From NCBI RefSeq assembly GCF_006345805.1, contig NC_043002.1, positions 66,650,001 to 66,714,000 on the forward strand: a DNA stretch of 64,000 nt, written 5' to 3'. Position numbers and translations under genes: made by a program. The stretch comes from Octopus sinensis. Its lineage: Eukaryota. Positions within the stretch are counted from its first letter, which is position 1, and every line of letters begins with the position of its first letter. Positions 53,514 to 64,000 of this stretch are shown here, one piece after another. The notes below the pieces were generated by a model. The model saw nothing but the letters and a program-made list of their open reading frames with translations. It had not been told where the DNA came from and made no database searches.

Positions 53514-53961
53514 GGCTACAGCAAATATTCTGCTCAATACCACAGATTTGCTTGTCAGTTGTTTGACCTTAACCAGTTGAGCATGTCCTGACGATATGTG
53601 CATCTCTGATTACCAGCAGAAGTAATGGGGGAGCATCATAGCCCTGGGTTGAAAGGATTTATTAGAGGTTTGGATAATTCACTTCTGGAAACATGGGTAT
53701 TTTGTGCATCATCCTTAAACAAACCTTATTGAGGGACCTTTTGAATGAGATGGGCTACTCGACCTGATGAAAATTCTAACTGGGCACCACCTGCAAGGTC
53801 ATGTGCTGTTTATCATGATATGAGATCATTATGTCGCGTACATATGGTTGTGATACATGTGCCTGGTGTACCCTTATCAGACGGGTAGTTATGATGGGTA
53901 TACTGAGCTTCGTATATTTTACCCCAGTGTCAGTTTGATGGCATGCACTGCTCTCTCACTC
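53511..53961 (+). mobile_element. Family T element flanked on both sides by (AAT)n
   Basis: (aat)n|gggctacagc ... ctctctcactc|(aat)n. Confidence 0.8.
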
Positions 53962-54040
53962 AATAATAATAATAAATGAATAAATAAATAAATACATAAA
54001 ATTTGTGATAGAGACACATAACCTCAAATTTTGGAGAATG

Positions 54041-55475
54041 AAACAGTCAACCTAAACAACCTCTGTTTCGGAATAATGACAAGCAAAGTCGATCTCAGCG
54101 ATCGTTGCACTCAGAATGGTGATGGCGTAGGTAAGTACTGCAAGGTATTTTACCTTATGCACTTTTGCAACCCACAACAAATCTGCAGCAATTGAAAACA
54201 AGCTCTCATCGGTGACTGATCTCCGCCCTTGGAATTGTAAATAGCTTATTACTTAATAATATACAAACTTATAAAGCATTGTTCATACAGTTTCACCAAA
54301 AGCTTCAAGTTGGCGTATGTATTCGCAGGAAATTGAAATGAAAATGATTCAATAATGATTTATATCTCACAAGTCAACTCGAACGACCTTCTTTGCATCT
54401 CTGCCAGTTGGTTGCCATTCTCAAGAAAAAATAAAATTCATTAAATAGCCAAACAAATGGGCTACGCTGCCTTTACGAACATTAACATGTCATTCCTCAA
54501 ATGAATACTATTCTTTACATTTGTTATCTATAATAAGTGTTACACTCGTCTCATCCCACCACGTACGTTATAATATTATTGAATAAAACTAGTAAAAAAA
54601 TTTTAAAAGGTAGAATACTTATCGACATTATGTTTACTCCTTCTAGTTCTAGTGTAAATGGCCGCTCTCACTGTCATGCGCTAAGTATTATGGAAACAAC
54701 ATAGATAAAATATAACACTCTGAAAAATTCTCTAAAACTAATAATATTAAAGAGGTTGAATTCAAAGGGAGATAATAACTAGAAATATGTTACACTCTTA
54801 AAACTAGCTGTAACTGGATTTTAAAAATTGTTTTAGATTTAGAGATTTATGCTAGATAAATGTATCCTGTCTATTTCTTTTAAGGTAATATTGTTTAATA
54901 AATTCTTGATTCTTGGTATATCCGTATATAATACTACTATAAATACTATTATAACTTTTATTAAACAGTCAACCTAAACAACCTCTGTTTCGGAATAATG
55001 ACAAGCAAAGTCGATCTCAGCGATCGTTGCACTCAGAATGGTGATAGCGTAGGTAAGTACTGCTAAGTACTTTACCTTATGCACTTTTGCAACCCACAAC
55101 AAATCTGCAGCAATTGAAAACAAGCTCTCATCGGTGACTGCTCTCCGCTCTTGGAATAGCAAATAGCTTATTATTCAATAATATACAAACTTATAAAGCA
55201 TTGTTCATACAGTTTCACCAAAAGCTTCAAGTTGGCGTATGTATTCGCAGGAAATTGAAATGAAAATAATTCAATAATGATTTATATCTCACAAGTCAAC
55301 TCGAACGACCTTCTTTGCATCTCTGCCAGTTGGTTGCCATTCTCAAGAAAAAATAAAATTCATTAAATAGCCAAACAAATGGGCTACGCTGCCTTTACGA
55401 ACATTAACATGTCATTCCTCAAATGAATACTATTCTTTACATTTGTTATCTATAATAAGTGTTACACTCGTCTCA
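54041..55475 (+). repeat. 513-bp direct repeats (54041-54553, 54963-55475) flanking a ~410-bp PLE 3' UTR piece
   Basis: Both repeats run aaacagtcaacc...ttacactcgtctca; the spacer matches 47158-47540. Confidence 0.92.
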
Positions 55476-56160
55476 GCCCTTGTAGAATGGCATTTACATT
55501 TTTTCAAAATTCTAAGCAAGCCTGTTACAACAGGTTCTACAGTAATAAGAAAACAAATGTATTTAAGAAATAAGTAGCAGATGCAATAGCAACGGCCCTG
55601 ACAGTTTTACATTGCTACTTATCTCACATACCTGACGCTTAATCAAAAGAAGAAATAATAATAATATTCCTAATAATTCCCCAAACCTGCTGAAGTTCAT
55701 TACGGTGTAAATTTGATAACAACCTTTGCTCCTACTCTCTCTGGTATAACAGCCTTTAAACTCGTACTCAATATAATAACAGTATTACATTATACGTGTC
55801 GATAATTGAATTTTATTGAATTCGGTTAATGAAATAAAAAAAATCCCTACGTTTACGGAATTGCCATGTAGAAGATGCTACGATGATGAGTGGAATGGAA
55901 ATTAGATGGATTTCATTGTAAATTTCGTAGGATATTAGATTTAGAGTCAATTCCATTATAACCCGACGTATTTTCTAAACGAGGATCGCTCCACAATGTA
56001 ATTTCCAGATCGTGATTCTTTTATATAATGCAGCAACCAGCATTGCTTTGAAGCGTAGAAGTAAAAATGAACAATGCTACCGTTTTCATAATCATCATCG
56101 TCGTCGTCGTCGTTCTCTTCATCATCAACATCCTCCTCATCATCAATTTTTTGATAATTG

Positions 56161-56434
56161 TGAAGGTGCATGGCTCAGTGTTGTGTTCTTGAGCAAGACA
56201 CTTTATTTCACATTGCTCCAGTTCACTCAGCTGTAGAAATGAGTTGCGACGTCACGTGTGCCTAGCTGTATCGGCCCCTTTGACTTTACCTTGGATGACA
56301 TCGGTGGCATGGAGAGGGGAGGCTAGTATGCATGGGCGACTGCTGGTCGTCCATAATCATTGCCCGGACTTGTGCCTGTGAGGGTAACTTTCTAGGAGCA
56401 ATCCCATGGTCAGTCATGACCGAAGAGGGTCTCA

Positions 56435-56437
<3 letters not shown>
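56161..56437 (+). mobile_element. SINE family C variant with the B box deleted
   Basis: tgaaggtgcatggctcagtg joined directly to ttgtgttcttgagcaagac. Confidence 0.8.
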
Positions 56438-56471
<34 letters not shown>

Positions 56472-56887
56472 CACACACTGACTCGAACCCTAAAACTCGA
56501 AGGATCGGCTATCCAGTTTCCATGGGGCGTCCCTTCTCAACGGGATACCAATTTATACTCATTTATAGCTGAGTAAACTGAAGCAACGTGAAATTACGTC
56601 ACTTTATAAAAACGCAACGCATCACCCAAAACCGGTAATCAAAACCACAATGCTGCAATCGTGAATGCAGCAACCTAACAACTAGGCCACGCGCCTTCAT
56701 TTTTCGTAGTTTCCGCATTGTTTTCGTAAACGTAAAATGATTCCTTCTTTCATTTTGTATTACTGTAATATTGAATGAGTATAATTTCTAACGCAAGAGG
56801 TCGTCAATAAACTAATTAGTTTTATAGCCGAAAATAAAATTGAACAACTTGCCTATTGTTTTTTCAAGTAAAGTGATAAATATTTAT

Positions 56888-57065
56888 AGGCGCAGGTGTG
56901 GCTGTGTGGTAAATAGCTTGGTTACCAACCACATGGTTCCGGGCTCAGATCCACTGCGTGGCACCTTCGACAAGTGCCTTCTACTATAGCCTTGGGTCGA
57001 CCAAAGCCTTGTGAGTGGATTTCATAGACGGAAACTGAAAGAAACCTGTGGTGTGTCTGTGTGTG

Positions 57066-57146
<81 letters not shown>

Positions 57147-57336
57147 TGTCCTCCCACCATCGCTTGACAACCGATGCTGGTTTGTTTACGTCTCCGTACC
57201 TTAACGGTTCGGCAAAAGAGCCCGACAGGATAAGTACTAGGCTTACAAAGAATAAGCGTCCTGGGGTTGATTTGTTCGACTAAAGGCGGTGCTCCATCAT
57301 GGCCGCAGTTAAATGACTGAAACAAATAAGAGAATA
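56888..57336 (+). mobile_element. SINE family A
   Basis: Full element with a long internal (GT)n. Confidence 0.88.
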
Positions 57337-57579
57337 TATCAATGCAATTAAGAATAGGTAATTATTGCCCTTCATTAATGTGATTTTTATGAAACTCTAA
57401 AACGATTTTATTTTCGACCTTTGTATCATTGACGTCATTCTGTTCAAGTCCAACAACCTGCTATCTTATTTCCTCTTAGTGTTGATACACAATCATCTTT
57501 GATATTGATATATTTCGGGAGGTCATTTTTTCTGTCAAATTAAACACGCACACACACACATACACACACACTCTCTCTT

Positions 57580-57621
<42 letters not shown>

Positions 57622-57623
<2 letters not shown>

Positions 57624-58001
57624 CTCTTTTTTTTACTTGTTTCTGTCATTTGACTGCGGCCATGCTGGAGCACTGCCTTTAGTCGAGCAAATCGACCCTG
57701 GCACTTATTCTTTGTAAGCCCAGTACTTATTCTATCAGTCTCTTTTGCCGAACCGCTAAGTGACGGGGACGTAAACACACCAGCATCGGTTGTCAAGCAA
57801 TGCTTGGGGGACAAACACATACACACACACTTATATATATATACATATATACGACAGGCTTCTTTCAGTTTCCGTCTACCAAATCCACTCACAAGGCATT
57901 GGTCGGCCCGGGGCTATAGCAGAAGACACTTGCCCAAGATGCCACGCAGTGGGACTGAACCCGGAACCATGTGGTTGGTTAGCAAGCTACTTACCACGCA
58001 G
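57622..58001 (-). mobile_element. SINE family A
   Basis: Reverse complement of the full element, head slightly truncated. Confidence 0.88.
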
Positions 58002-58058
58002 GTCGATAGCGCCAATGTAGGTAAGGGAAGTCGGCAAAATGGATCCGTACCTTCGGAA

Positions 58059-58091
<33 letters not shown>

Positions 58092-58190
58092 CGTTCTTCA
58101 CGTCAGCATTGGGGTCGATAAATTAAGTACCAGTTGTGTACTGGGGTCGATCAAAAATTTCGGGCCTTGTGCCTAGAGTAGAAAAGATTA

Positions 58191-58562
58191 TTATTACCTC
58201 AGCCTTAATGAAGGCAGAGGTATTGTTTTTAGTCGTGTTTGTTTGTTTGTTCCGTAGATAAGATATCTCAAGATCCGCAGGATGGATTCGGTTGAAACTC
58301 TCAAGGATGTTTGGCCTCGTCACTGGTACGATGTGATTAGATTTTGGAATCGATCCAGTACCGGACAAGGATTCTGGATTATTTTTCCATTTTATATATA
58401 TATACTTAATTTTTGAGAGCGGTTGGGTTCATTTTTAGTATTCTCGTTTGTGAGAGCAGTCGAGTTTATTTCAGATATTCTCATTTTAAAAATCATCTCC
58501 GGCTAATCGTTAAGAGGACGTTAGTGTTGCGTTGGCAGAGGTTTGCGCTCTTTAAGTGCTCT
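58191..58562 (+). mobile_element. Non-autonomous Helentron (HINE/DINE-1-like)
   Basis: 5' TT + CCTCAGCC..GGCAGAGG hairpin, (GTTT)n, 3' GGCAGAGG subterminal inverted repeat followed by a short palindrome and T-rich end. Confidence 0.75.
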
Positions 58563-58760
58563 TATTATTATTTTAGTACCCTTTGTTTTAAAGCATTCGT
58601 CACACATCCTGTGACATGTATGGGAGGAAGAGTCAATGAAGAGGTGACAAGGTGTATGACGAAAGATTTAAAACAAAGGATACTTGTTTCAGATAAGAAC
58701 AATGATAAAGCTGAAGTGAATAACGAATATATTGTGTGTCGTTAAAAAAAATGACCATGT

Positions 58761-59166
58761 AGGCGCAGGAGTGGCTGTGTGGTAAGTAGTTTGCTTACCA
58801 ACCACATGGTTCCGGGTTCAGTCCCACTGCGTGACACCTTGGGCAAGTGTCTTCTACCATAGCCTCGGGCCGACCAAAGCCTTGTGAGTGGATTTGGTAG
58901 ACGGAAACTGAAAGAAACCCGTCGTATATATGTATATATATTATGTGTGTGTTTGTGTTTGTGTTTGTCTCCCCAGCATCGCTTGACAACCGATGCTGGT
59001 GTGTTTACGTCCCCGTCACCTAGCGGTTCGGCAAAAGAGACCGACAGAATAAGTAGTAGGCTTACAAAGAATAAGTCCTGGGGGTCAATTCGCTCGAGTA
59101 AAGGCGGTGCTCCAGCATGGCCGCAGTCAAATGACTGAAACAAGTAAAAGAGGGAGAGTAAAGAGT
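58761..59166 (+). mobile_element. SINE family A, intact
   Basis: Complete head to gagtaaagag tail. Confidence 0.9.
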
Positions 59167-59646
59167 ATCCCGAATCAATATCGGTTTCAAACACGATTTC
59201 ACATCAGGAATCTTGCTAAACAAATGCATAAACGTAGCATCTTTGATATGTTGCTTTTTTACTCTATAAAGACATTCACTAATTAATAATCTTCGTCACT
59301 TTGTCCTGTGTTCTGTTTATCATGGCCACACAAGATGATTTTTCCATTAGGTCAGCAGACGTTATGTATCACGTGATAATAAATGTTGCCACGCAATTTC
59401 CTTTTAAAAAGTTCAGCTTTACTCAGTGAATATCATATGATTGTTATAAGTTAATATTATAAATGTTACAAACCTTGTTACATGCTACATTCTCGAACGA
59501 AGAAGAAGACATAACGCTATCAAGAAAGAAGAGTCGTTTGTTAACCTAAATTTCGTTGATAAGCATATAGTCTCACACAAATGCACGCACATACACACAC
59601 GTATACATATATATGCACGCGTCTATGGGTACACACACACGCGCAC

Positions 59647-59677
<31 letters not shown>

Positions 59678-59884
59678 TTGTGGGCAGCTGAGCGCAATAT
59701 AAACCGTATAGATAAAATCGCCACTAATTGTGACTGTATGTATAGGCTACAAGCACATATATTGCTAGAAATAAGAGTCAAACAACTTATAGCTGCGTAA
59801 AAGCACATTTATATATACTGACAGGGTAGATAACTACTCCTTGAGCGAAGCAAAACTAGAACACACGCACACACACACACACAC

Positions 59885-59994
<110 letters not shown>

Positions 59995-60091
59995 GTGTGT
60001 GTAGAAGGTTGAAAAGGAACACACGAGTTGATACGTATAAGGAAAATAAGACAAGTTAGAAAATGTTAAAATAATTTTATCTTGAAAAACA

Positions 60092-60134
60092 TTTTAGTAA
60101 CGGTTTCAGTCTTTGCGACTTTTTCAACTTAAAG
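60092..60134 (-). ncRNA. Hammerhead-like motif with compensatory U3-A8 core
   Basis: Reverse complement TTTAAG-TTGAAAA-AGTC(GCAAA)GACT-GAAA-CCGTT-A-CTAAAA. Confidence 0.5.
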
Positions 60135-60546
60135 TACGAAAAAGAATTAAATTGTGGGAAAATTAAATGAAAGGTTTTTAAAAAAAATATTTGCATAGTA
60201 TTCATATACAAGGGGAATTTTCCTTGTTTCTTCCTGTGTCTGTCTCTCTTTCTTTTTTACTCTTGTGGGTTTGAGGTAGTGATATATATGAACAGAAACA
60301 TTTGGTTACTACAGACAAATAATCTATGTGGTCAGTGGTCATTCAGCCAGAAATTATGGAACCGAATCCATAAAATAAAATAAAAATAGGGATTAAAAGA
60401 ATCAAATAGCAGTAACATTCGACTGTACGATATGTTGGCAAATAGTCATTACTATATATATATATATATATATACATACACACACCAAACATACATACAT
60501 ACATACTTACATACATACATATATACATACATATATACATACATAT

Positions 60547-60599
<53 letters not shown>

Positions 60600-60683
60600 T
60601 ATATATGTATGTAATATATATATTATATATATATATAATTATATATATATATATATATATATGTGGTGTGTGTGTGTCTACAT

Positions 60684-60829
60684 ATGGCATTATTTACAGT
60701 TGACGGATATTTGTTCTCATCTTATTGTTGTTAACACAACGTTTCGGCTGATATACCCTCCACCCTTCATCTGGTGTCTGGGGAGAAATTTCGAACCTGG
60801 GTTCTCATTCCTAAGATATTTTTCGATGT

Positions 60830-60830
<1 letters not shown>
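60684..60830 (-). mobile_element. 3' half of a putative tRNA-SINE with an HHR-bearing tail
   Basis: Lies between (TA)n and (AAT)n and contains the HHR; the likely 5' half is at 62045-62120. Confidence 0.6.
60733..60778 (-). ncRNA. Minimal type I hammerhead, degenerate (U4 to A, one stem II mismatch)
   Basis: Reverse complement GACAC-CAGATGA-A-GGGTG(GAGGGTATAT)CAGCC-GAAA-CGT-T-GTGTT. Confidence 0.55.
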
Positions 60831-60897
<67 letters not shown>

Positions 60898-60923
60898 TAA
60901 TAATAATAATGATAATAATAATA

Positions 60924-61817
60924 CTGCACGGCAAATATGTGACCCGCAGCAAACAAGCTGATGTTGACCAGAAGCAAACCCATCAGTGGCTACGGAGCTC
61001 AGGGCTAAAAGCAGAGAGCGAAGGTTTCATCCTGGCTGCTCAAGATCAAAGCCTATTAACCCGGAACTACCAGGCCAGTGTGATGAAAAATGGAGCAGAC
61101 CCAAAATGCCGATTCTGCAACGACATGATTGAAACAGGACCACCTAATCTCTGGATGTAAAGTCTTAGCACCAGTGGAGTATAAATTAAGACATGACAGA
61201 GTTGGCCAATATCTCCACTGGCTTAAGGTCGGCATTACAAGTGGTATAATCACCACCCTGAAGCTGTAACTGAAGGAGAAAATGTAACCATTCTGTGGGA
61301 CTTTCCAGTACATACAGACCGAACATCAAGGCCAATAAACCAGATATGTTGTGAAAAACCAAACAAATAAAGTTTGCTTATTGATCGACATGACATCCCC
61401 TGTGATCATAATATCTCAGCGAAAGAGTTTGACAAGCTCAGAAAATAATATAAAGACCTACTCATTGAAATTGAGAAAATGTGGCATCTCAAGGCGGTTA
61501 CAATACCAGTGATCGTCGGAGCACTAGGAATGATCAAGAAGGGAACCGAAAATTATATGAGAATGATCCTGGATTACCATCCCTGCAAGAAGTGCAAAAG
61601 ATTGTCTTAACTGGTACATCACACGTATTGAGAAGAGCATTGTCGATGTGAGAACTGTTGCTGCTCATGTATTTTAATTTAACTTAAAAAATAAAATGAA
61701 CGAACTATTGAGTTTGGTTTAATGGCCTACCAATGTATACTATGAGTTTCTTTGCCCTAGGAGTCGGGAGACACTCGGCAAGAAATGGAAGCAAAATTTG
61801 AAAGAAGAAAAAAAAAG
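60924..61817 (+). mobile_element. R4/Dong-clade copy D (3' part)
   Basis: LHGKY, WLRSSGLKAESEGFILAAQDQSL, CRFC, LWDFPVHTD, LRRALSM*; (AAT)n on both sides. Confidence 0.88.
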
Positions 61818-61931
61818 TAATAATAATAATAATAATAAATTATTATTATTATATTATCATCATCATCATTACTATTATTATTATTATTATTATTATATAT
61901 TATTATTATTATTATATTATTATTATTATTA

Positions 61932-61974
<43 letters not shown>

Positions 61975-62044
61975 CATCATCATTATTATTATTACTATTA
62001 TTATTATTATATTATTATTATTATATTATTATTATTATTATTAT

Positions 62045-62120
62045 TCAGGTCACTGCCCGGAATCGCCCACGGGCATATGGCGTAGTGGTTAAGAGCGCGG
62101 GCTACTAACCTCAAGATTCC
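62045..62120. mobile_element. tRNA-derived SINE head with an internal inversion
   Basis: Minus-strand CGATTCCGGGCAGTGACCTGA at 62045-62065 abuts plus-strand ggcatatggcgtagtggttaagagcgcgggctactaacctcaagattcc. Confidence 0.65.
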
Positions 62121-62877
62121 AAGAGAACCGAACTTCTTGTCTGAATGGATGCAAACAGCTGAATCTCGCGAGTGACACCGAAGAACTAAGTGGCGGTATT
62201 TCATCGAGTTGTTTTATGAGCCTACAACCTGATTAAAAAAAAATGAAAGCAGAGTTATAGTATTATTGTGATCCCAGCACTGGGAGATTACCAAAGGGAA
62301 AGGAATAATATATAGAGACATATATCTAACAAAAGGGGACTGATTGGAGCAGGGATTGGGGTAAATAGGTAAGTCTAGAATACTAGGAAAACTGGTGACG
62401 TTTTGCGTCAGCAAAGATAATTCTACGTATTTCCTAACAAAGATATATTATTCATTCCCCACGAAAACAAGCTAGAACAATACAGACTGAAAATAAGTCC
62501 TACAATCAAACACCTGCAGAGAGACTGAACTTGAGGTCCATGATCTTGAAACTCATTATCTCATCACTATCTTATCTAGTTAAACGTTTTGCCTTTACTT
62601 GTTTAGGGTAGAAATATTTCGACCTTTTGGTTGATACTTCAATGATTTAGATATTGTAGCTCTTCATAAATATTTAACTGATATGAAGGAAGATATATAA
62701 TTTCTCCTAAAATTTCTTATAAAAACTTATCTTAGTTTATTCGCTATTATAATTTTCCTATTGGCAATTTTAAAGCATCTCGTGTATAAAAGAAATGATG
62801 ATAGTATAGCAACATTTTCCATCACAATGAGGTAACCCAGACTTGAATTTGTTATCACATTAAGATCGATGAAAAAC

Positions 62878-63098
62878 TCTCTTTTTAACTCTTTTACTTG
62901 TTTCAGTCATTTGACTGTGGCCATGCTGGAGCACCGCCTTTAGTCGAGCAAATCGACCCCAGAACTTATTCTTTGTAAGCCTAGTATTTATTCTATCGGT
63001 CTCTTTTTCCGAACCGCTAAGTTACGGGGACGTAAACACACCAGCATCGGTTGTCAAGCGATGTTGGGGTACAAACACAGACACACAAACGTATACAC

Positions 63099-63136
<38 letters not shown>

Positions 63137-63650
63137 TATATATATATATATATATATATAGATATAAGGAATTTCTGAGCTGATGATAGAAGTGTTGTTT
63201 TTGACTAATCTTGAAACGTACGTTCTCAAATAACCTTAGCATTTGATTTTTCGATGTCCTTACCCCCAACTTTTGTGAGTTGAATTAAGCAAACACTATA
63301 TATGAGAGAGATTTTCTTTAAGTTTAGAATAGCTTTAAAAAAGTTTTTAGCTGCTCTTCTAATGAGTTCAGTATGCGGCAAGTAATTTATTTTACTAAGC
63401 CCTTTTATATAAGTAATAATTGAATTCGCCTTGAATGGTCCCTTTGCATACTGAACACTTGGTGAAATTGATTAATAATAATTAATTTTGCCTCAATTGT
63501 TGAAAATTATATATATATATATAATATGATATATACGACGGGTTCTTTCAGTTTCCGTCTACCAAATCCACAAGATGCAACGCAGTGGGATATAACCCGG
63601 AACCATGTGGTTGGTAAGCAAGCTACTTACCACACAGCCACTCCTACGCC
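62878..63650 (-). mobile_element. SINE family A split by a ~360-bp insertion in its internal microsatellite
   Basis: 3' half 62878-63090, 5' half 63533-63650. Confidence 0.8.
63176..63228 (+). ncRNA. Minimal type I hammerhead motif, GUU triplet
   Basis: TGAG-CTGATGA-TAGAAGT(10 nt)ACTAATCTT-GAA-ACGTACGT-T-CTCA; perfect 4-bp stem I and 8-bp palindromic stem III. Confidence 0.6.
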
Positions 63651-64000
63651 TCAGAAAGGTTACTTTTTTTTATGTGTGCACGTATTTATGAGAATGTGCG
63701 AACGTGTGTATGTTTTTTTTTCTATACATGATGTAGTCGCGAATATATCACATATGGATGCATGTGAACATGGGTCAATACGGACAAACACAAATTCGCA
63801 GATCCTTTCTGACTTAAATTGTGTCATTGTAAAAATTGATAAGTCTGTTGATATTTTCCTGTCATGTTTATTAACCTTGATCGTTGCTACAACTTATAGA
63901 AGGTTCAGGGTTCACAATCCCATTGTCTTAACTTATCTGAGCGAAATTTATAGATGATGGACCTAATTAAAACCACTTGCGGCGAGATAACACCCATTGA

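Noticed and set aside
53764-53800. CTGATGA/CTGACGA inside family T
   Set aside because: No stem II-GAAA follows, so this is not a hammerhead.
54041-55475. LTR retrotransposon or TRIM interpretation of the direct repeats
   Set aside because: No shared TG..CA ends, PBS, PPT or short TSD, and the spacer is a PLE fragment.

Overview
AT-rich eukaryotic repeat-dense DNA. The repeat repertoire looks like octopus/coleoid cephalopod genomic sequence (inference, no database check). I recognise no host protein-coding exon, rRNA, true tRNA gene or CRISPR array, and most ORFs in the supplied track are microsatellite read-through artefacts. The window is a mosaic of simple repeats and several mobile element classes. 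These are at least four tRNA-derived SINE families (labelled A-D here), four decayed R4/Dong-clade LINE copies sitting in (TAA)n tracts, and a GC-rich RTE 3' end. It also holds Penelope-like element (PLE) RT and C-terminal fragments, Helitron/Helentron elements (one with a PIF1-helicase remnant), two hAT MITEs, a 20-bp minisatellite grown from a SINE tail and a 513-bp direct duplication. The most interesting signal is about ten dispersed minimal type I hammerhead-ribozyme (HHR) motifs in unrelated short PLE-derived repeats, with covarying stems. They include a U3-A8 core variant, one inside a ~440-bp palindrome, one downstream of a PLE coding remnant, and one in the tail of an apparent tRNA-headed SINE split by a Dong insertion. 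All coordinates were counted by hand and element ends are approximate.
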